Positions 60,501 through 64,000 of a DNA stretch of 64,000 nt are shown here, in pieces. The first letter of the stretch is position 1, and each line of letters opens with the position of its first letter. The stretch lies in the NCBI GenBank assembly GCA_964106915.2, contig OZ066918.1; one strand, given 5' to 3'. The notes under the pieces were generated by a model that worked only from the letters and a program-made list of their open reading frames with translations, did no database searches and was not told where the DNA came from. The DNA is from Podarcis gaigeae. Taxonomy: Eukaryota. Made by a program: the position numbers and the translations under genes.

Positions 60501-62992
60501 ATTGAGACCTATCCTACATTGAGGTTTATTGGATCAATGGAGTATTAGTTTGTGCTTGTTTGAGACTTAACAACATTCCTTCACTCTATCCCTCCCTATT
60601 GAAAGTGGACATTTGACAGGACACCCCTGTTACTTGGATTTAAACATATCAGGGCATCTCTCTGTCTCAAACAAAACGGGTTAGGTTTAGTGGGTTCTGA
60701 TTTTGCAGGATATCTAAGAAGCTGTAGTCAGCGGTCAGTAATAAGAATATATTTCATAAAATTTACATGCTTTACAGCAATGAAAGTTTTGAGTGTGTGC
60801 ATGCTAAAATATAAATCCATTACAAGAATCACAGCATAAATGTATAGATAGGGCAGGTAGCTAAATCCTATAGGTTGCTAAAGCCCATAGGAACTCACTG
60901 AAAGCCTATTTAAATAAACAAGCTTTACATTGTGTGTGTGTCCCCACCCACCCCCTGCAAGCGTGGACTCAGATTGGGTCTTCCTTAGTAATACCTTCTC
61001 TTTAAGGCCTGGACTACAGCTGAGCAGCCTTAGCTCCATACTCTAATTAAAGGGATCACGCTGAAGACCTCTGTATTTTGTCGCTGGAATTGTCTGCTGG
61101 CTGTGCACGTGCCCTTGTGTGAGGTGACATATGCAGGTGACTCGGGAGGTTTCAGCAAAGCCTGCAGTTTGTGTATTAGATATTATGCAGCTGTGCATAT
61201 TGGGGTGCTTATGCTGGGGAGGCGTGCCTGCTGGAGCATGTAAGATTCTGCCCACAAGTGTATTAATACCCACAAATTTCATCAGGTATGTGCTGCATGC
61301 CGGTGAGATTGAGTATTTTTGTGCTGCTGCCTTTTCCCAGCTGATCAAGGTTTTGCTTATATTGGCTTAGGAGTCTGCTGATCCAGGACATTGTGCATGG
61401 CAATGTGGGCTGCTCGAACGACTCTGCCCAGGGTAAGATTCTGATACTGCCCCTTCTGGAAGCCAATGGAGCCTTGCCTCTGCTACCTTGGTCCGGTGCT
61501 CTGGGTTGAGAGAATGGATAATGATTCCTTCCTAAAGGGAATTGTTCATCTGTTTCCAACCTTTGCTTGCAATAGGAGCAAGCTTCCCTTCTTCCCACCC
61601 AGATTCAAAGTTTGTTTTCCTTAATTAATAGAGTATTTCCAGCACAGGGTTATGTAAAACAACAACAGAAAAACTAGAAGATTATGGACACAAAGTAGTG
61701 CAAATTAAGTAGGACAACATACATTTCTTTGCATTGTGGGCTTTTGTTTTATCAAAATTATTCTTTCACTCATTGTTTTCGCAGTAGGGTGGAGTAAGGG
61801 AATGGGGGAAGAGAGAGCCATGAATGAGGGATGTTTTTTGGGACAGTTCTGAATACTAACCACTCACTATAGGGCTGTGCCTATCCCAACTAAGGGATCT
61901 AAGCGTTTTAGAGCCTGGCCTCAGATTCCCTTTATTATCTGTACTTAAAGGAGCGCTTTCGCTTTTAAAAATAAAACAACCCTCCCCAAACCCTTTGGGT
62001 GTCCCATCCCCCTCAGCTGGAGAGCCCAGAGTGCCTCTTCCAGAGTATTAACTGGCACTCCAGTCTGACACCTGAATTGTTGCGGCTCAGGTAGGGCAGC
62101 AATTTGGTGCTTACTACGTGTGTTTGTGTCTCCTGCAGCCACACCCATGCAGAAGAACCGGACAGTGCTGTGTGGTGATGACGTACTCCTGCCTTGCGAG
62201 CAGATGTCCAACCTGGCCCGGGCGACCTGGCTGGTGAACGGCACCAAAGTGCTGGCGGAGGACGGACAGGACCGCTTCCGCCTCGGGGTGGACGGGCTGC
62301 TGGTGACGGACACCCAGCCGGAGCACAGCGGGGAATACCGCTGCTACGCGGAGGAGAACGGCCTCCAGGCCCTGGTGGCTGCTTACACCCTGAATGTGCT
62401 CCCTGAGCAGCGAGTGCCACAGCAGGCATCCACCGTGTCGCACCCGTACTGGCACGCCGCCAGTGCCACTTACGGGGACGTGAGGTTCATCTACATTGCC
62501 GTCATCACGCTGCTGGGGGGGCTGTGCCTGGTGCTTAGTGTCGTGCTGCTCTATGTCTCCTGCCTGCAGAAGCGGAGGGGCAAGTACAGCCTAGGGGTCC
62601 CCCAGGCACCCAGCGTGGAGCTGCAGACGGTCTCTTCCAATTGCCTGGGCAAAGGAGGGGAGGACGACGAGGAGGAGGACCCGGGCACCTACCTGGACGG
62701 CTGCCTGCAAATCATCCCCGGGGAAGCCCCCACCGTGCCATCGCCCTCCAAGGAAACGCTCCCCATCCCACCGCCACCCCCTCCTCCGCTCCCTGCCGAG
62801 TTCACCAACGGCATCACCACTTTGCCCAGCATGCTGCGCAAGATGAACGGGAACAGCTACATGCTCCTGCGGCAGAATGAGGAGCCGTGCACCTCTCCGC
62901 TCTACAACTCCTTCACAGAGGAGCTGAGCAAGATCCTGGAGAAGCGGAAACACACGCAGCTGGTAGAAAAGCTGGACGAGAGCTCCGTGTAG
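11640..62992 (+). CDS. SEMA4G: Semaphorin-4G, spliced CDS join(11640..11760,36499..36647,37782..37844,37975..38073,43861..43954,44588..44701,45049..45215,49442..49611,55120..55264,56031..56253,57176..57291,59626..59780,61371..61432,62139..62992); 843 aa
   Basis: Exon lengths sum to 2532 nt (844 codons incl. stop), with all introns GT-AG and phases matching. The translation follows vertebrate SEMA4G throughout ([109 protein letters not shown]). Confidence 0.96.
13538..13674. mobile_element. ~130-bp palindromic hAT-type MITE; further copies at about 17907-18042, 21400-21523, 24355-24460, 30250-30379, 31085-31208, 37140-37283, 54927-55040, 55878-55990, 58478-58610
   Basis: Shared self-complementary core ccagatgttgttggactacaactcccatca...tgatgggagttgtagtccaacaacatctgg recurs across the window. 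Confidence 0.8.
14441..14492. repeat. Compound (TG)n(AG)n microsatellite; other SSRs: (CT)n 1205-1222, A18 10857-10874, (GT)n 17117-17142 and 33562-33592, (GTT/GGT/GCT)n 19825-19871, (TGAA)n 46332-46364, (GA)n 48174-48192
   Basis: Read directly from the sequence. Confidence 0.95.
14680..14835 (+). mobile_element. Ancient CR1/L3 3' fragment
   Basis: gacagggtccaaatggttggaagtt...ggcttttagttagaactggatgcc resembles a decayed CR1 ORF2 end. Confidence 0.4.
18758..19005 (+). mobile_element. L2 LINE 3' fragment; L2-type tails also near 22260-22340, 30570-30705 and 55390-55560
   Basis: aagccctaaa...ggacca...aaggactgtcttgctccttatg...aaaacttatttta...gcaagcattt parallels 6460-6680. Confidence 0.6.
24500..24701 (+). 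mobile_element. hAT (Blackjack-like) MITE
   Basis: TIRs agggttgccatat / atatggcaaccct; perfect direct repeat gcagtggat on both flanks. Confidence 0.85.
25970..26113. other. Assembly gap (144 N)
   Basis: Run of n. Confidence 1.
26599..27208. mobile_element. Non-autonomous hAT element (610 bp)
   Basis: TIRs cagaggcgtacctagg / ccttaggcatgcctctg; perfect 8-bp TSD tatctgta (26591-26598 and 27209-27216). Confidence 0.9.
29684..29924 (+). mobile_element. Tigger/pogo-like TcMar MITE
   Basis: TIRs cagtggtaccttgggtta / taacccgaggtaccactg; TA TSD; internal taacctga repeats. Confidence 0.9.
33589..34002. mobile_element. Probable decayed solo LTR (Gypsy-like), interrupted by a mini-MITE
   Basis: TGTGA...CATGACA termini and repeated ttggttcttgc motifs; no clear TSD. 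Confidence 0.35.
33834..33896 (-). mobile_element. 63-bp internally deleted copy of the 24500-24701 hAT MITE
   Basis: Both TIRs retained; tctttggt repeated on both flanks. Confidence 0.8.
35468..35624 (+). mobile_element. CR1 3'UTR fragment
   Basis: ctgaataccagttgct...tcatccagcaggcttttcttatgttcttatg is the reverse complement counterpart of 2262-2420. Confidence 0.75.
36499..36647 (+). CDS. SEMA4G: SEMA4G coding exon 2 (start of Sema domain)
   Basis: ttccccag|AT...ACA|gtaagt; (D)[49 protein letters not shown]. Confidence 0.95.
37782..37844 (+). CDS. SEMA4G: SEMA4G coding exon 3
   Basis: ctttgtag|ATT...AAG|gtatgt; [21 protein letters not shown]. Confidence 0.95.
37975..38073 (+). CDS. SEMA4G: SEMA4G coding exon 4
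   Basis: ttttgcag|ACA...ATT|gtgagt; [33 protein letters not shown]. Confidence 0.96.
39536..39663 (+). mobile_element. Internally deleted Sauria SINE (Squam1-like)
   Basis: Head gtggcgctgtggtctaaacca (duplicated) joined to tail gagcgccgcaaccccagagtc...tcaggggtcctttacctt; 11-bp TSD taatggttctt. Confidence 0.85.
41880..42600 (-). mobile_element. Decayed L2 LINE 3' part (minus strand)
   Basis: gggctttatggtgaaaaccagcaccttgaattg motif and A-rich tail region; similar fragments near 57020-57110 and 57920-58250. Confidence 0.55.
43861..43954 (+). CDS. SEMA4G: SEMA4G coding exon 5
   Basis: ttctgcag|GAT...GTAG|gtatgt; [31 protein letters not shown]. Confidence 0.96.
44588..44701 (+). CDS. SEMA4G: SEMA4G coding exon 6
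   Basis: ctcgcag|AT...AATG|gtaagc; (D)[37 protein letters not shown]. Confidence 0.96.
45049..45215 (+). CDS. SEMA4G: SEMA4G coding exon 7
   Basis: ttttcag|AT...AAG|gtaaag; (D)[55 protein letters not shown]. Confidence 0.96.
45357..45641 (+). mobile_element. Young tRNA-derived SINE with (CTC)n(TTC)n tail (Squam2-like)
   Basis: A box tggtgtagtggt, B-box-like gggttcgcgtctcc, core gggtgaccttgggccagtcac, L2-like 3' end gaaaggcgggatatc, trinucleotide tail. Confidence 0.8.
49066..49270. mobile_element. Decayed palindromic PLE (Neptune-like) pLTR remnant with two degenerate hammerhead motifs
   Basis: The imperfect inverted halves are centred near 49177. Minus-strand atgaagcggactataggtccacaaaagcttatgtcataataaa and plus-strand atgaagccgaacatagtccatgaaaacttgtgccataataaa...gtcttcaaggagccac resemble the reptile PLE terminus as I recall it. 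Confidence 0.65.
49442..49611 (+). CDS. SEMA4G: SEMA4G coding exon 8
   Basis: cattccag|AAT...TG|gtaagc; [56 protein letters not shown](W). Confidence 0.96.
51764..51808 (-). ncRNA. Minimal hammerhead ribozyme motif in PLE left (inverted) arm
   Basis: Reverse complement of 53028-53072 (gacgtttcgacgaggtctcactcgtcatcttcag on +). Confidence 0.75.
52213..53049 (+). pseudogene. C-terminal fragment of PLE ORF: GIY-YIG endonuclease lacking the GIY motif and RT, followed by a T/Q/S-rich extension
   Basis: [20 protein letters not shown]...[10 protein letters not shown]...RIIMEAIEI...NMNKRDD has the YIG, R..EH, H...GH, E..EI and N motifs typical of PLE endonucleases. The first ~33 aa of ORF 52114 come from the antisense arm. 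Confidence 0.88.
53028..53072 (+). ncRNA. Minimal (type I-like) hammerhead ribozyme motif in PLE right arm
   Basis: CTGAAGA (53033-53039), T, stem II GACGAG-tgagac-CTCGTC, GAAAC (53059-53063), GTC (53064-53066). Palindromic ACGT at helix III; helix I is weak. Confidence 0.75.
54157..54410 (+). mobile_element. hAT (Charlie-like) MITE
   Basis: TIRs ggggtcagcaacct / aggttgtctacccctg; subterminal gcgggccggat motifs; TSD not recognisable. Confidence 0.8.
55120..55264 (+). CDS. SEMA4G: SEMA4G coding exon 9
   Basis: cctttcag|G...TCA|gtaagt; [48 protein letters not shown]. Confidence 0.96.
56031..56253 (+). CDS. SEMA4G: SEMA4G coding exon 10
   Basis: ctctgcag|TGC...ACGG|gtaggt; [31 protein letters not shown]...YDMLFLGT. 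Confidence 0.96.
57176..57291 (+). CDS. SEMA4G: SEMA4G coding exon 11
   Basis: tttaacag|GT...CAG|gtacat; (G)[38 protein letters not shown]. Confidence 0.95.
59220..59335 (+). mobile_element. Decayed 5S-rRNA-related SINE
   Basis: gaagtgaagcaggtctagtcagcacctggaagagtggctacctgggaa resembles the 5S internal control region; L2-like tail gaagaaaggcaagatatgaatgtaa. Confidence 0.45.
59338..59504. mobile_element. TcMar (Tc2/pogo-like) MITE
   Basis: TIRs ccgtgtttttccgtgtataaga / tcttctacatggaaaaatacag; TA TSD. Confidence 0.85.
59626..59780 (+). CDS. SEMA4G: SEMA4G coding exon 12 (end of Sema domain, PSI domain)
   Basis: ctttgcag|AGG...AG|gtaatt; [51 protein letters not shown](R). Confidence 0.96.
59838..60063 (+). 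mobile_element. Tigger/pogo-like TcMar MITE, second copy
   Basis: Closely similar to 29684-29924; TA TSD. Confidence 0.9.
61371..61432 (+). CDS. SEMA4G: SEMA4G coding exon 13
   Basis: ggcttag|G...CAGG|gtaaga; [20 protein letters not shown] matches the conserved LIQDI..GN.GC motif and keeps the frame. Confidence 0.9.
62139..62992 (+). CDS. SEMA4G: SEMA4G last coding exon (Ig domain, transmembrane helix, Pro-rich cytoplasmic tail, PDZ-binding ESSV)
   Basis: ctcctgcag|CC; lies within ORF 62120..62992: [16 protein letters not shown]...[10 protein letters not shown] (Ig), [27 protein letters not shown] (TM), [17 protein letters not shown]. Confidence 0.97.
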
Positions 62993-64000
62993 GGCAGGGT
63001 GGAGGGCACAGGGAGCCCACTTTGCTGTGAACTAAACCCCCTAACTGCCCTCTGTGATTCCTCCTCCCCAGCCCAGCAAAGAAACAGTGTTACGACTCAG
63101 CAACTACCTCCGGCCGGCCCTCCGGAGCAGCCACAGGCTCCATGCTCATTTCCTTCTCTCTCTCTCTTTTTGGTTGTTGTTTTTTCCGTTGGCGTTGATG
63201 GTTTGTTTTCCAATTGCTGTAAAATAAGATCTTATTTAAATGGAATTATATTTATATATAAAAACAATGATCGATAAACAGAGCCACAGCGATCTGTTGG
63301 GTTTGTCTGGGTGGGGTATATCGGAATGTGCCCTTGGCTTGTGTGGGGAATGATGCTGTCGGGCTGGACAGAGGGGTGGTTAGAGGGTGGTTTCCTACCA
63401 ATAGTTTCAACAGCCAGAAGGGCATCAGCAGTCATAATGAGGGGACAAGAAGTGCAGCTGCCATTTCAAGAGGTAGGTAACAAAACTTCTTTGTTACACC
63501 CGAATTATGTCAAATTCAAATCACGTTTCAAATACATCTATATAAATAGAATTAAGGGTATTTTTTTCTGAGCATCAAAATCAAAATCAAATCTAATCAA
63601 ATCTGAGCATCAGATATAAATGATGGCTATTGGTTAATCCTTCAGAGTTTGGGTTTTACTTAGATGACATTAGGAGATGCTTTCAGTTCCTTTGGGGGTT
63701 TTTGGGGCACAATCACAGTCTACAACTTGCTAGTGTTGGCCCATAGCAAATGGTCTCTCTCCTATGGTATTAGAGGGGCTAGGCAGCTGAATGGAGAAAC
63801 CTTAGTATATCACAACTAATAGCTTCTTTAAAAACAAATTAAACTATGGCTTACAGCCCATGAGCTTTTGAATGACACCTTGCTGGTGCAAAATAACTGA
63901 GCTGTTTCATCCAAACTTTGCTGTTTGCTTATGTGAACCTGCAGGAAAACAGTGCCCTCTGCTGAAGTTGAATTGCAATTTGTCCATACTCTCTCCTGTG
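62993..64000 (+). other. SEMA4G: SEMA4G 3'UTR (end not defined; possible ATTAAA signal at 63838-63843)
   Basis: Follows the stop codon and is AT-rich; no canonical AATAAA seen in this interval. Confidence 0.6.

Noticed and set aside
61945-62953. Several antisense and alternative-frame ORFs over the last exon
   Set aside because: Expected from high GC content; no recognisable protein.
1-64000. CRISPR arrays, operons or other prokaryotic systems
   Set aside because: The sequence is intron-rich vertebrate DNA with no regularly spaced repeat-spacer array.

Overview
Eukaryotic (vertebrate) genomic DNA. The repeat families (Squam1/2/3-like SINEs, CR1, L2, Tigger-like and hAT MITEs) point to a squamate, most likely a lacertid lizard. 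The window holds the complete coding region of semaphorin-4G (SEMA4G) on the + strand: 14 coding exons from ATG 11640 to TAG 62992, 2532 nt or 843 aa, all introns GT-AG and phase-consistent. The protein has a signal peptide, Sema, PSI and Ig domains, a transmembrane helix, a Pro-rich tail and a terminal ESSV PDZ-binding motif. The introns are rich in repeats. The most striking structure is in intron 8 (51684-53122): a young, 5'-truncated Penelope-like retroelement with a GIY-YIG endonuclease fragment, arranged as a ~499-bp apparently perfect inverted repeat in a (TA)n tract. Each arm carries a minimal hammerhead-ribozyme motif pointing outwards. An older, decayed palindrome of the same type lies just upstream of exon 8 (about 49066-49270). 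Also present are a solo LTR with a 5-bp TSD, several TSD-bounded MITEs, a collapsed Sauria SINE and a 144-N assembly gap. Repeat-family names come from memory of consensus sequences, not from a database search.
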